A DNA stretch of 43,986 bases, taken from positions 1 through 43,986 of the forward strand of contig QKGR01000019.1 of the NCBI GenBank assembly GCA_003250375.1. The letters run 5' to 3'. Both the position numbers and the translations under genes were made by a program. Below the pieces are notes generated by a model. That model was not told the origin of the DNA. It worked only from the letters and a program-made list of their open reading frames with translations, and did not search any database. This document shows positions 10,367 through 20,076 of the stretch, piece after piece (the first letter of the stretch is position 1; each line of letters opens with the position of its first letter). Source of the stretch: Candidatus Shapirobacteria bacterium (GTDB lineage Bacteria; Patescibacteriota; Microgenomatia; UBA12405).

Positions 10367-10783
10367 ATGGAATTACCAATAAAAGTAGAAGGTGTATTGT
10401 TTAGTAAGGTTGATGGTCGTTTTCAGTTTCTGTTGATAAAACGAAGTATTGAAGATGGTGGCTTTTGGCAGCCATTAACTGGAACACTTGAAGATGGTGA
10501 AAAAGTTTTGGACTGTTTAAGAAGAGAGCTAATTGAAGAAATTGGAACTGAAAATCCTAAGGAAATTTCAGAAGATTTTTTTCGATTTGACTGGAAGAAT
10601 AAGCGAGGTGAAACTATAGTTGAATTAGTTTATGGTGTTGAATTGGAGCCAAATTCAAAAGTTGTACTAAGTCATGAGCATACTGACTATAAATGGTGTG
10701 AATATGAAGAAGCAATCCAGTTGTTAGGGAGAGAAAACAATAAAAAGTCACTTGAGGCTTTTGTTGCTGCTTTTTCTAATTAA
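10367..10783 (+). CDS. NUDIX hydrolase (NudB/Ap4A-like)
   Basis: FWQPLTGTLEDGE..RRELIEEIG and LSHEHTDYKW. Confidence 0.85.
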   Translation: MELPIKVEGVLFSKVDGRFQFLLIKRSIEDGGFWQPLTGTLEDGEKVLDCLRRELIEEIGTENPKEISEDFFRFDWKNKRGETIVELVYGVELEPNSKVVLSHEHTDYKWCEYEEAIQLLGRENNKKSLEAFVAAFSN

Positions 10784-10803
10784 GAATTTTTGATTTAAAT
10801 ATA

Positions 10804-11613
10804 ATGAATAAAATAACCATTTTGGGTTCTGGGGATACATTGGGTACTCCAGTTGTTGGTGATCATATTCAGCAAATTAAAACTAAACGTACTCGTTTTG
10901 GATTACTGTTGGAAATAAACGGTAAGAAAATTTTAATTGATACTAATCCAGATTTGAGGGAGCAATGTCTGCGGCTTGGATTAGATTTGAAAACGATAGA
11001 TAACATATTCGTGACCCATACCCATCCTGATCATGTAAATGGAATGGGAGAATTTTTTTATAGAAAAGAAGCGCCGATACCTACGTATCATTTAGAACAT
11101 CCACTAATCAATAGTCACACTGATTCTTTTAGGTATTTGGAGCGAGAAAAAGTGCTTAATTTTTTGGCGTTTGAGAATTATCAACCAATAAAGTTAGAGA
11201 ATGGTATGGTCGTGACTCCAATCGAATTAAACCATGGTTTTCCTTGTAGTGGTTTTGTAATAGAGTTTGATAACACTAAGATTGGAATTGTTTCAGATAC
11301 GAATCTTAAGTTAAAGGAAAAATCTTTGGACTTACTAAACAATTGCGATATTCTTTTTGCAGATGCGTTTTCAGAAGACTTGGAACAGGTGTCTAGTTTA
11401 TATGATCGCTGTGGAATTACAACGCCAAATTTAGAAAATGAGTGGTTTCATATGACAATTAGTGAGGCTATTGATTTGCAACGGAAAACAAATTCAAAAA
11501 AACTATATACGGTACATATGAGTAGCTTTATGTCATCTCATGACAAGCTAGTTGATAAGTATCAGACGGATAATGTTGTTGTGGGTTATGATTTGTGCGA
11601 GATACAGATTTAG
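10804..11613 (+). CDS. Metallo-beta-lactamase fold hydrolase (PhnP/YcfH-Lipoyl-like phosphodiesterase group)
   Basis: LGSGDTLGTP, LIDTNPDLREQ, THTHPDHVNG, SDT, HMT, HMS. Confidence 0.85.
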   Translation: MNKITILGSGDTLGTPVVGDHIQQIKTKRTRFGLLLEINGKKILIDTNPDLREQCLRLGLDLKTIDNIFVTHTHPDHVNGMGEFFYRKEAPIPTYHLEHPLINSHTDSFRYLEREKVLNFLAFENYQPIKLENGMVVTPIELNHGFPCSGFVIEFDNTKIGIVSDTNLKLKEKSLDLLNNCDILFADAFSEDLEQVSSLYDRCGITTPNLENEWFHMTISEAIDLQRKTNSKKLYTVHMSSFMSSHDKLVDKYQTDNVVVGYDLCEIQI

Positions 11614-11689
11614 TAGGTATATGTAGGAAAAGTTGATTAATATTGGAATAACAAAAATGTATATTTATTGGGTATAATTGGAGCGTCAA

Positions 11690-12250
11690 ATGAGAATAAA
11701 TATCATTGGTCCGAGCGGATCAGGGAAAACAACTCTTTCAAAGTGGTTGGCCAAGAAAGAAAGGATTAAGTCGATAAATCTTGATAAGAAGTTTATAGAT
11801 TTAAGAAGATCAAATAGAAAGAAATTTGTATTTTTGGATCAGATAAAGATTGATAAAAATATTGATGAGTGTATAAGTGGAAAGGATTGGATAATTGAAG
11901 GGATATATCCGATTGATAAAGTATTACAGGCTTCTGACTTTATTGTTTTTGTAAAGCCACCAATGATCGTGTCGCTTTGGGGGGTTTGGAATAGATATAT
12001 GAGAAATAAATACCAGCGACAGAAGTTTGGTTTTTTAAGCTATTTAAACCTAACAAAGGTAGTGTTAAAGCAATACTTGTGTAAAAAGAAATTCTTTACC
12101 ATTTCGAATCGAACATACAATTATCCAACTTTATCTACAGTAGAGGAGATTGTGTATGGGAAATATTGGCAGAAAGTGGTTCGAGTTCCTCATGGTCGCA
12201 GTTTCAGAAAAATGATTGAAAAGGACTCTGCCTTATTAAATAAGCGGTAG
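11690..12250 (+). CDS. P-loop nucleotide kinase (FlaR/adenylate kinase-like)
   Basis: IIGPSGSGKTT Walker A, NLD, WIIEG. Confidence 0.75.
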   Translation: MRINIIGPSGSGKTTLSKWLAKKERIKSINLDKKFIDLRRSNRKKFVFLDQIKIDKNIDECISGKDWIIEGIYPIDKVLQASDFIVFVKPPMIVSLWGVWNRYMRNKYQRQKFGFLSYLNLTKVVLKQYLCKKKFFTISNRTYNYPTLSTVEEIVYGKYWQKVVRVPHGRSFRKMIEKDSALLNKR

Positions 12251-12272
12251 TTTGGTGTGTTAAAATAGTCCT

Positions 12273-12833
12273 ATGAAAGCATATTTTTCAGCATCAAGAT
12301 ATTATCGGGATCAAAACATTGATAACTACAATAAGATCGTAGAAATGTTGAAAGGAAATGATTGTCGCATACTTGAGAATACCTCAAGATTGTTCCCAAA
12401 AGATTCTAGTAAGATTGAGGATAGAGTGAATGGATACAAGAAGATGTTGGACATGATCGATAAAGCTGATTTTTCAGTATTTGAAGCATCTTTTCCATCG
12501 ACCTTGCATATTGGACATGAAATCACATTGGCTATAGATAAAGGCAAGCCTGTAATTGTTCTATACACAAAAGGAAGCGAGCCGATGTTGTTTAGGGGTA
12601 TTCAAAATGACAAAATTGTATGGGTAGAATACAACCTAGATAATTTAGAGGAGAAATTAGCTGAAGCGATTGTTCAGGTAAAGAACATTCAAGATGTGAG
12701 ATTTAATTTCTTTGTGTCACCACAAATATTGAATTTTCTTGATTGGGTAGCCAAAGAGAGAAGAATACCAAGATCTGTTTTCTTAAGATCTCTAATTGAG
12801 AAGGAAATGAAAAAAGAAAAGGAGTATAAATAG
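12273..12833 (+). CDS. Nucleoside 2-deoxyribosyltransferase-like domain fused to a C-terminal ribbon-helix-helix
   Basis: AYFSAS, ADFSVFEASFPS..IGHEI..A..KGKPVIVLY; C-terminal RFNFFVS...RSVFLRSLIE. Confidence 0.7.
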   Translation: MKAYFSASRYYRDQNIDNYNKIVEMLKGNDCRILENTSRLFPKDSSKIEDRVNGYKKMLDMIDKADFSVFEASFPSTLHIGHEITLAIDKGKPVIVLYTKGSEPMLFRGIQNDKIVWVEYNLDNLEEKLAEAIVQVKNIQDVRFNFFVSPQILNFLDWVAKERRIPRSVFLRSLIEKEMKKEKEYK

Positions 12834-12836
12834 GAT

Positions 12837-13484
12837 TTATTCGGAAGCGTTGACTTGTGATTGGATAAAAATATCTTTGAAATTAGCTATGTGATTTTTG
12901 AGATATTTGATGTCGTCGTCAGATAGTAGATTTGTGTCGTTGGCTAGTTTTAATAAGTTTTCAAACTTAGAAAGTGAATAAATATCTAATTTGAGTTCCT
13001 TTGATAAGAAATCGTCGATGCCGTAGCTGTAGATACTAATGAAGGATAGATTGTTGTAACCAAGACTTCGAAGGTATTTTAGTGATTTTGACAAAGTGAG
13101 GCCTTTGGCTAATACATCATCAATAATAATGATGTGAGAATCTTTTGATGGGGCTATACCAATAACTTTTCTGAAATCACCATAGGACTTTGATTCTTTT
13201 CGAAGAAAAAATAAGGGAAGTTCAAGTTTGTCAGCTAGAGCGGCTGCAAAATAGGAACCGCCGCTTTCTAAACCACAGATAGTGTCGATTTGTTGATTCT
13301 TGAGGTGTTCTGTAATTTTTGATATGACGATTTTTCGATTGTCGGGGTTGGTGACAAGCTTCTTGATGTCGATGTAGATAGGGGAGAAGAAGTTGGGGGT
13401 TGGCTCGTAAAGTTTGTTTTTTGAGAAGCCAAATGAGCCTGGAGTATTGAGGATGATTTCTTCAATGGGAAAGTTGGAATTCAT
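12837..13484 (-). CDS. pyrE: Orotate phosphoribosyltransferase
   Basis: SPIYID, GLESGG, LRKESKSYG, IIIDDVLAKG PRPP loop. Confidence 0.75.
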   Translation of the reverse strand: MNSNFPIEEIILNTPGSFGFSKNKLYEPTPNFFSPIYIDIKKLVTNPDNRKIVISKITEHLKNQQIDTICGLESGGSYFAAALADKLELPLFFLRKESKSYGDFRKVIGIAPSKDSHIIIIDDVLAKGLTLSKSLKYLRSLGYNNLSFISIYSYGIDDFLSKELKLDIYSLSKFENLLKLANDTNLLSDDDIKYLKNHIANFKDIFIQSQVNASE

Positions 13485-13548
13485 ATTTTTTCGATTATCT
13501 AAAGGACGTATTTTTACATAGTTATTGATAATTGTCAAAAGAAGGATG

Positions 13549-14184
13549 TTAAAGGGTGTTCATATGGATCGATTCGGGGAAGAATTGGTATTTTTCGGTA
13601 ACTATAAACATAGCATGATTGTCGTCAACTTCTTGTAATTTTCCTGAAGCATCGGTAATTTTGTTGATGTCCCACCAGCGGTGTTCGAAGCCGAGAATGG
13701 TAAATTTGCGGTCGTCGTGGGAGTAGTGTTTTTCGGGGTCGGCGATGACAACTTCGTTTTTCATGGTGTCGATGTGGGTGACAATGCTATAGTGGCCGGC
13801 ATCGTCGTCGTCATCCTCGTAGTAGTCGTCCTCATCGTCCTCGTCGTCGGGCCAGTCGAATAAGCCTTGCCATTCGACGCCGACAGGATAGTGGTGTTGG
13901 TTGACGATGCTGGAGAGGTCGTTGAGGCTTGAGTTGAATTTAAACCAAAATTGGAGCTCGTTGGGGAAGAGACGACTTACGGCGAGGGCCAGATCGTTGA
14001 TGGTGGCGCCGTGGACTTTGATTTTGTCCTCAATGCCGGCGGCAGCGACGATTTGAGCTTGGCTAACTTCGTAGCCGAGGAAACCCAAAAGCATTTGAAT
14101 TACGGCCGGTCCACAGTTGTAGACATTGTCTTGGGAAATTCTTTGGAGCGTAGGAAAGTGTTTCCTATTTAAGCTGTTTGGCAT
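13549..14184 (-). CDS. C39-like cysteine peptidase with acidic insertion
   Basis: QDNVYNCGPA (Q..C), GHYSIV (H), IADP (D); poly-Asp tract before the His. Confidence 0.75.
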   Translation of the reverse strand: MPNSLNRKHFPTLQRISQDNVYNCGPAVIQMLLGFLGYEVSQAQIVAAAGIEDKIKVHGATINDLALAVSRLFPNELQFWFKFNSSLNDLSSIVNQHHYPVGVEWQGLFDWPDDEDDEDDYYEDDDDDAGHYSIVTHIDTMKNEVVIADPEKHYSHDDRKFTILGFEHRWWDINKITDASGKLQEVDDNHAMFIVTEKYQFFPESIHMNTL

Positions 14185-15280
14185 ATTTGGTGAGCAAAGA
14201 GGCGACGATGTCCTCGAAGGCTATACCATGCATGGCGGCGACCTCGGTGAAAGGAAGTCCCATGTCGGGGCCGAAAGCGGTGTTGGGGTTGCTGTCGGTG
14301 AAATAGGGAATACCGGTTAGTTCGTCGTAGCGGACATCAAATTTGGCGTAATCTTTGTGCTGGAGAGCGTTGAAGGCTCGGACAGACAAACGGGCAAGCT
14401 TGGTCTGAAGCGGCTCGGAAACATGAGTATATTTGTAGGCTCGGGCGTCTTCGTAACTTTCGATGGAGGTGAAAAAATGTTTGCCGTCGGGCTTGGTTCT
14501 AAAGATTTTTTGGCCCATCCAAACGTGTTTTTTGGTACCATCATCGAAAACACAGACGGTAATTTCGGGTCCGTCGATGAACTGTTCGACGATAACAGGT
14601 TGTTTGTAGGTGGTAATCATTTTGTCGACTTTACGCTGAGCGTCGCGGAGAGTTTCCTTGACGGCTTTGTTGTCGATGCCAACGGAACCACCAGAACCAC
14701 AGAGTTTGACGATAAGGGGAGTGCCGAGGTCTGATTGGACAGCTGTACCAGCACGACGAATGTATTGGAAGGCGGGAGTGGGAACGTCGTAGGCCATTAG
14801 AAGTCTTTTGGTAAGATTTCTGTCGTTGCCAATAACCATGCCGGTCATGCCAGCGCCTGTGTAGGGAATATTGGATAATTCCAGAGCAGCAGGAACTGAA
14901 GTTTGAAGAGTGTCTTTACCTTTGAGGGTGTCAACTAAATTGAGAACAACGTTGGGTTTGTCGACCAAAAGATTAGTAAGAAAGTATTGATTTCCAGGAA
15001 TGGCTTTGACATTGATACCGAGTTTTTTGATTACTTCGGCGACTTCGGCGGCGCGATCCTCAACTTCAACTTCGGCTTCATAGGAATCCTTGGTGGGGAA
15101 CCATTCGCGCTCGACGTGAGAATAGGCGACGGTAACCAAATCGAGTTTTTTAAGAGCTTGTTTGTCGATATTGAGATGATATTTTTGTCTTTTTGGAGTG
15201 GACGGGGCTTTGCTGGCTTCAACTACTTTTTCTGGAGAATCGTTAATTTCAGGCTTTTTTCTATTTAAAATATTGAACAT
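14165..15280 (-). CDS. D-Ala-D-Ala ligase-like ATP-grasp protein
   Basis: IPYTGA, PLIVK..GGSVGI, VEQFIDGPEITV, YAKFDVR, DSNPN. Confidence 0.8.
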   Translation of the reverse strand: MFNILNRKKPEINDSPEKVVEASKAPSTPKRQKYHLNIDKQALKKLDLVTVAYSHVEREWFPTKDSYEAEVEVEDRAAEVAEVIKKLGINVKAIPGNQYFLTNLLVDKPNVVLNLVDTLKGKDTLQTSVPAALELSNIPYTGAGMTGMVIGNDRNLTKRLLMAYDVPTPAFQYIRRAGTAVQSDLGTPLIVKLCGSGGSVGIDNKAVKETLRDAQRKVDKMITTYKQPVIVEQFIDGPEITVCVFDDGTKKHVWMGQKIFRTKPDGKHFFTSIESYEDARAYKYTHVSEPLQTKLARLSVRAFNALQHKDYAKFDVRYDELTGIPYFTDSNPNTAFGPDMGLPFTEVAAMHGIAFEDIVASLLTKYAKQLK

Positions 15281-15331
15281 ATAAAAAATATACAGTAAAA
15301 AATCTTGGTAGGGAAGACTTAAATTTAAAAG

Positions 15332-16693
15332 TTACTGATGTTTTGAATCGTAGAAGCTTTGTTTTTGGTGGAGCCAATAGGGAGTTTGGCGACAGAGAAG
15401 TTGTTGGTCGGAAGGATTGCTAAGAATGGTTTTAATTAGTTCTTCAAGATAAATTGTGTTTTGAGAGCCTTTGAAAAGTATAGAAGAGTGAGGGTTATTT
15501 GAAAGATAGTCGAGAAGAAAATCTTTGGCTTGCCACCAGTGTTGGAAAGTTTGGACTTCTTTTGATGGTTTGAAGTATTTTTGGGTTTCGGGGCCAATAC
15601 CAATAATTAAATCGGCAGATTGGAGGGCTTGTTTGAAAAGAGTTTGGTGTTCAATTGGGGATTGGTCGCCAAGTTCGCGCATGTCGCCAATAATGGCGAT
15701 TTTAGGCGATGGAAATTTGGCTAAAAGATGGAGCATTTCTTGGGTTGGAGTAGGGGAGGAATTGTAGCTACTGTCGATGATTAGGGAATCATTGATGCCA
15801 TGAAGCAGAGATGAGCGTCCGGGTGGAAGGTGGAAGTGTTTTTGAATGTTGTTGATGATGGTTTTTGGAGCCAGTTCCAAGGTAATTCCTACAAGGAAAG
15901 CCGAAGCCAAGGAGACGTTGTAAATTTCAGGTAGGACAAATCGGGGAAGTTTGATGGAATAGGTTGAATTTTGAAATTTGAATTCAAAATTGAAACCTTG
16001 GGGACCGGAAATAGTTTTGGTGATTTTTAAATCAGAAGCTGAATTGTGGCTGAGAGTGAGTTTTTTGGCCAAACAAATTTGAGTAGTGGCGACAACGGTT
16101 GGATCGTCTTGGTTGATGATGGCAGTGCCGGTGGAGGGGAGAGAGTTAATTAATTTGGCTTTTTCTTGGCCAATTAATTGAATAATTTGCGATTGTCGTT
16201 TTGGGCCAGTAAGTTTTGAATCGACAAGATGATCGAAATTAAATGAATGGACCGAATTGACGTTTAGAAAAATTCCAATGTCGGGCTGAGCTATTTTGAG
16301 TAAGTACGACATATTTTTGGGAGAATCGGGAGAGTCGATGCCCATTTCGAGAATAAGGATGTCGTATGTTTTCCAATTAAATAAGAGCTGGAGAGGGGCT
16401 TTGATAGCGTTGATGATCCATTTTGAGATATTAAAATTATCCATGTGGAGGTCGAGGATAGAGAGGGGGAGGCCCGATTCGGAATTGCCGCCATAGTTGG
16501 TTTTGACTTTGAAAGAGCTTTGGAGGGCGGATTGGACGGCCAGCATGGTAGAGGATTTGCCGGCAGAACCGGTAATGCCGATGATATTCAATTTTCTGCC
16601 TTGGAGCTTTTGAAGAAGTTTAATTTTGTTGAGCTGGATAATGGCGATTATTCGAATGTAACTAAGAAAGATAAGTCCGATTTTTTGATACAT
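15332..16693 (-). CDS. murF: UDP-MurNAc-tripeptide--D-Ala-D-Ala ligase
   Basis: GITGSAGKSS, LEMG, PGR, IDSSYNSSP, GDMRELG, FKGSQ. Confidence 0.9.
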   Translation of the reverse strand: MYQKIGLIFLSYIRIIAIIQLNKIKLLQKLQGRKLNIIGITGSAGKSSTMLAVQSALQSSFKVKTNYGGNSESGLPLSILDLHMDNFNISKWIINAIKAPLQLLFNWKTYDILILEMGIDSPDSPKNMSYLLKIAQPDIGIFLNVNSVHSFNFDHLVDSKLTGPKRQSQIIQLIGQEKAKLINSLPSTGTAIINQDDPTVVATTQICLAKKLTLSHNSASDLKITKTISGPQGFNFEFKFQNSTYSIKLPRFVLPEIYNVSLASAFLVGITLELAPKTIINNIQKHFHLPPGRSSLLHGINDSLIIDSSYNSSPTPTQEMLHLLAKFPSPKIAIIGDMRELGDQSPIEHQTLFKQALQSADLIIGIGPETQKYFKPSKEVQTFQHWWQAKDFLLDYLSNNPHSSILFKGSQNTIYLEELIKTILSNPSDQQLLCRQTPYWLHQKQSFYDSKHQ

Positions 16694-16708
16694 AGTGTAT
16701 TTTAGCTC

Positions 16709-16738
16709 AAAAAACCCTCCAATTGCTTGGAGGGTTTT
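16709..16738 (-). terminator. Intrinsic terminator after rplA
   Basis: AAAACCCTCCAA-TTGC-TTGGAGGGTTTT hairpin; minus-strand U tail. Confidence 0.8.
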
Positions 16739-16762
16739 AGAAGTTAAGTAGAGTACTAAATT

Positions 16763-17533
16763 TTACTTAAGGACTTCGATTTTGACTGAAGGACCCATGG
16801 TGGCACAGATAGCCAATTTTTTGATTTTGTTGGCTTTTACAGTGTTGATGAGTTCTTGGATGTTGGCAACTAGTTCTTCGGTAGCTTGGGAAGTTTTTCC
16901 GACTACGATGTGAACAACTGGAGCTTTCTTCTCGGTTCTAACGACAGTCTTGGCGGCAGAAAGTTTTTTGACTGCTGCTTCTGGATCGTCGGTAAGAGTA
17001 CCGCTTTTGGGATTTGGCATGAGGCCTTTTGGACCCAAAACACGGGCGAAAGGAAGGAGCTTGGGCATGGTGACGGGAGTAGCGATGAGGATATCAAAAT
17101 CGACTTTGCCATCTTTGATTTCAGCCAAGACAGTGTCGTTGAGGACAACGATTTTCTTGGAAGCGGATTCTAGGTGGGGGAAGGCGATTTCGCCTACAGT
17201 ACCGATGTCGACAATGGTGACATGGGCTTCGATTTTGGCATCGAACTTGGAAAGTGAAGTAGCTTTGGCTAATTCAACAGCCTCGTTGATGGGGTAATAT
17301 TTGCTGACGTCGATTTTGGACTTGGCAGCTTGGTATCGCTTGCTTCGAACTTTGGCTTGTCGAGTTTTTGATTCTTCGATAGGAGTTTCGTTTGTAACTT
17401 CAGTGGAGGTTTCAGGAGAGGTGTTTTCGATGACTTCTTCCTGAGCCTTTTGAGTAGTCTCTTGGACTTGCTCTTCCACTTTTTGTTGCTCTTTGAGAGC
17501 TTTTTTCTTGTTTTCTTGAGTGGTTTTGCTCAT
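16763..17533 (-). CDS. rplA: 50S ribosomal protein uL1
   Basis: SKRY, KFDA, DFDILIATP, LGPKGLMPNPKSGT, TMGPSVKI. Confidence 0.95.
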   Translation of the reverse strand: MSKTTQENKKKALKEQQKVEEQVQETTQKAQEEVIENTSPETSTEVTNETPIEESKTRQAKVRSKRYQAAKSKIDVSKYYPINEAVELAKATSLSKFDAKIEAHVTIVDIGTVGEIAFPHLESASKKIVVLNDTVLAEIKDGKVDFDILIATPVTMPKLLPFARVLGPKGLMPNPKSGTLTDDPEAAVKKLSAAKTVVRTEKKAPVVHIVVGKTSQATEELVANIQELINTVKANKIKKLAICATMGPSVKIEVLK

Positions 17534-17621
17534 TGTTTGTTTGAAAATTTAAAAATTGTAAATTAAAAATTTACTCGGATATTATCTAATAAATTAAGCT
17601 AAAAGTCGAGGGGTTAGGAAT

Positions 17622-17650
17622 AAAAACCCTCCGAAGGGTTTCGGAGGGTT
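17622..17650 (-). terminator. Intrinsic terminator between rplK and rplA
   Basis: AACCCTCCGAA-GGGT-TTCGGAGGGTT hairpin with minus-strand U tail. Confidence 0.7.
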
Positions 17651-17716
17651 AATTAAATTAAAATCCTTTGGTACTTGCGTACCACCTTTCCTTTCAAGAA
17701 AGGAACTGTTTTATTA

Positions 17717-18142
17717 TTATTCAACAATTTCCAAACCCATGGAACGGGCAGTACCCATAACCATGCGCATAGCAGCTTCAACATCTTTGGTGTTGAGGTC
17801 GACTAGTTTGTCTTGAGCAACTTGCTTAATTTGAGCCATGGTAATTTTACCGACTTTTTCGCGGCCAGTGGTACCAGAACCTTTTGAAAGACCGATGATT
17901 TTTTTGATCATGTCGGAAACAGGAGGTTTTTTAATGATGAATTCGAAAGAGCGATCTTCGAAGATGGTGATGATAGCAGGGATAAGAGATCCGCGCATAT
18001 CTTTGGTTTTTTCATTGAATTCATTACAGAAATCCATGATCTTGATACCATGAGGACCAAGAGCGGTACCGACTGGAGGAGCGGGATTGGCGCTGCCAGC
18101 TTGGATAGCGAGTTTGACGATTGATTTAATTTTTTTAGCCAT
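17717..18142 (-). CDS. rplK: 50S ribosomal protein uL11
   Basis: AGSANPAPPVGTALG, FCNEFN, GTARSMG; real start MAKKIK at 18142. Confidence 0.98.
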   Translation of the reverse strand: MAKKIKSIVKLAIQAGSANPAPPVGTALGPHGIKIMDFCNEFNEKTKDMRGSLIPAIITIFEDRSFEFIIKKPPVSDMIKKIIGLSKGSGTTGREKVGKITMAQIKQVAQDKLVDLNTKDVEAAMRMVMGTARSMGLEIVE

Positions 18143-18248
18143 TGTTGTAAAAATATTTAATTGGTCTGGTAGAAGCCTCCGGTTCATACGGAGTCCAGGA
18201 ATTATGCGTTGTATTATCTAATAAATAGGGGAAAAAGGCAAGAAGAGG

Positions 18249-18449
18249 CTAGGAGATTTTAATAGTAAAAATTTTCCTGCATCTTGGGCATTTCGTGTCT
18301 ATTTGAGTAATTCCATTTTTCCTTAGATTAGGCAATTCTGAAAGCTCAAATGAGTTGCCGCATTCTCTGTGAAGTACAACGGTACCTTCTTTTAATTGCA
18401 ATCCCGAGGTTTTACCTGATGCACCAAAAGATTCAAATGATCCTGACAT
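18249..18449 (-). CDS. Small zinc-ribbon protein
   Basis: HRECG...CPRCR; TATAAT upstream. Confidence 0.5.
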   Translation of the reverse strand: MSGSFESFGASGKTSGLQLKEGTVVLHRECGNSFELSELPNLRKNGITQIDTKCPRCRKIFTIKIS

Positions 18450-18604
18450 ATCTTTATTAAAATAATGCCTTATTATACCACATAATTAAAATATATAAAT
18501 AGATTTTTGGAATCGAACGCTGAGGGAGTAATTATGTTGATACTAAAGTCCTTTTGATTGGAATTATCGGCTATTTATAGAGTATTTGTGATATAATAAC
18601 TACT

Positions 18605-19036
18605 ATGAGATACGAAATTGCTCATTCAGATATTAGAGATCCTGGTTTTTTTGCCACAGTTGCTTTACCTGCGATTGATGATGAAATTGGAAAGTTGCAA
18701 TCGTACGGAAGAGGCTATCCAATGAGGAATTGGGTGGAAATTAATGGAAAACAAAGAGTCTACTTTGTAGAGACAAAAGATTGGAAATTATTAGTACCTA
18801 TCAGTGCTACCGTTCGTGCTGCTTCCGAATTGTCTGGTGTGAGTGAGAAGAAGTATGTAGATAGAATATTTGACTCAGAAATTAAAATCAGAACATCAGA
18901 AATTGTTCCAGATGATCCTGTTAGTTTCGATTATGGTGTTCGTGTTTTGTTTAAAAAGATGTTTGAAACATATTTGGGAAAACCTTACACACTTCCAGTA
19001 TTGAGGAGCAGGATAAGGTCGATTCTGTCGCAGTAA
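18605..19036 (+). CDS. Hypothetical protein
   Basis: 143-aa ORF with TGATATAAT just upstream. Confidence 0.55.
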   Translation: MRYEIAHSDIRDPGFFATVALPAIDDEIGKLQSYGRGYPMRNWVEINGKQRVYFVETKDWKLLVPISATVRAASELSGVSEKKYVDRIFDSEIKIRTSEIVPDDPVSFDYGVRVLFKKMFETYLGKPYTLPVLRSRIRSILSQ

Positions 19037-19052
19037 CTTTGTGATTAGGCTT

Positions 19053-19415
19053 CTATTTTCTAGAATTACGGGCGATAAATTCAGTAGATTCCTGGTCGGT
19101 GGTTGGTGAAAGACGATGGCGAGTAGAAAATTGTCTGGGGTCGATTTGATCTTTGGCGATTCTGATGGAATTTGGCTGAGTTCCACGGAGGTAAATACCG
19201 TCGACGGTGTACGATGTAGGAGGTGAACCGGCGATCTTATCGTAGTTAAATTGAACTAGATGACATCTACTGCCTTCTTGCTGACGGACAGGTCGGACGA
19301 GGAGGTGAGCTTGGGCTAATCGATCGGAAACGGGAGATTCCAAACCATTTGAGTCGACATAAATTTGCTTGATGTGATAGATATGACCATCAATAATTTC
19401 GACAAGTTCTGACAT
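19053..19415 (-). CDS. Hypothetical protein
   Basis: 120-aa ORF with TGATATAAT just upstream on the minus strand. Confidence 0.5.
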   Translation of the reverse strand: MSELVEIIDGHIYHIKQIYVDSNGLESPVSDRLAQAHLLVRPVRQQEGSRCHLVQFNYDKIAGSPPTSYTVDGIYLRGTQPNSIRIAKDQIDPRQFSTRHRLSPTTDQESTEFIARNSRK

Positions 19416-19464
19416 AAAATAATTATATCAAACTATAGCTAAATGGTTTTTGAAAATAAGGAGG

Positions 19465-20061
19465 CTAGAGCTCTTTGGTGATTTGGAGGAAGTCCAATTC
19501 AACTGGAGTTTCACGCTCGAAGAAGGAGACGAGAACTCGGACCTTGGCTCGCTCGTTGTCGATAGAATCGATGGTACCAATGAAATCGGTGAATGGACCA
19601 TTGGTGATTTTAACGACTTCGCCAATGGAGAAGGCGGTTTGGAATTTTGGTTTGTCTTCTTCAGTGGTCTTGAGAATTTGATCAACTTCTTTTTGGGAAA
19701 TAGGAGTAGGTTTGTTGTCGATACCAATGAAATCGGTGACACCCTGGGTAGTTTTGACGGTAATCCAAGAATCGTCGTCGAGAGCCATTTGGATAAGAAC
19801 ATAACCTGGATAGGTTTTTTCTTGGGTTTTGACTTTGGCGCCGCGGCGGATGATCATTTTAGATTGGACGGGGATGATGGCTTGGAAGATTTTGTCTTCT
19901 AGTCCGAGAGTGCGGATTCTGGTTTTGAGAGCTTCGATAACTTTGTATTCATGGCCTGAATAGGTGTTGATGACGTACCAGGCGGCATCGAAACTAGGTT
20001 CTTGTGAAGATAGTTTGAAAAGGAACTCTTTCTTTTTAGTTTTAGTGTTGGTTTTTGGCAT
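19465..20061 (-). CDS. nusG: Transcription antitermination factor NusG
   Basis: WYVINTYSGHE, YPGYVLIQM, TQGVTDFIG, KOW GEVVKITNGPF, RETPVELDF. Confidence 0.97.
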   Translation of the reverse strand: MPKTNTKTKKKEFLFKLSSQEPSFDAAWYVINTYSGHEYKVIEALKTRIRTLGLEDKIFQAIIPVQSKMIIRRGAKVKTQEKTYPGYVLIQMALDDDSWITVKTTQGVTDFIGIDNKPTPISQKEVDQILKTTEEDKPKFQTAFSIGEVVKITNGPFTDFIGTIDSIDNERAKVRVLVSFFERETPVELDFLQITKEL

Positions 20062-20076
20062 AGCTAGTATTTTACC

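Noticed and set aside
18162..18200. L1-binding autoregulatory hairpin upstream of rplK
   Set aside because: A stem-loop is present but I cannot identify the L1-binding consensus with confidence
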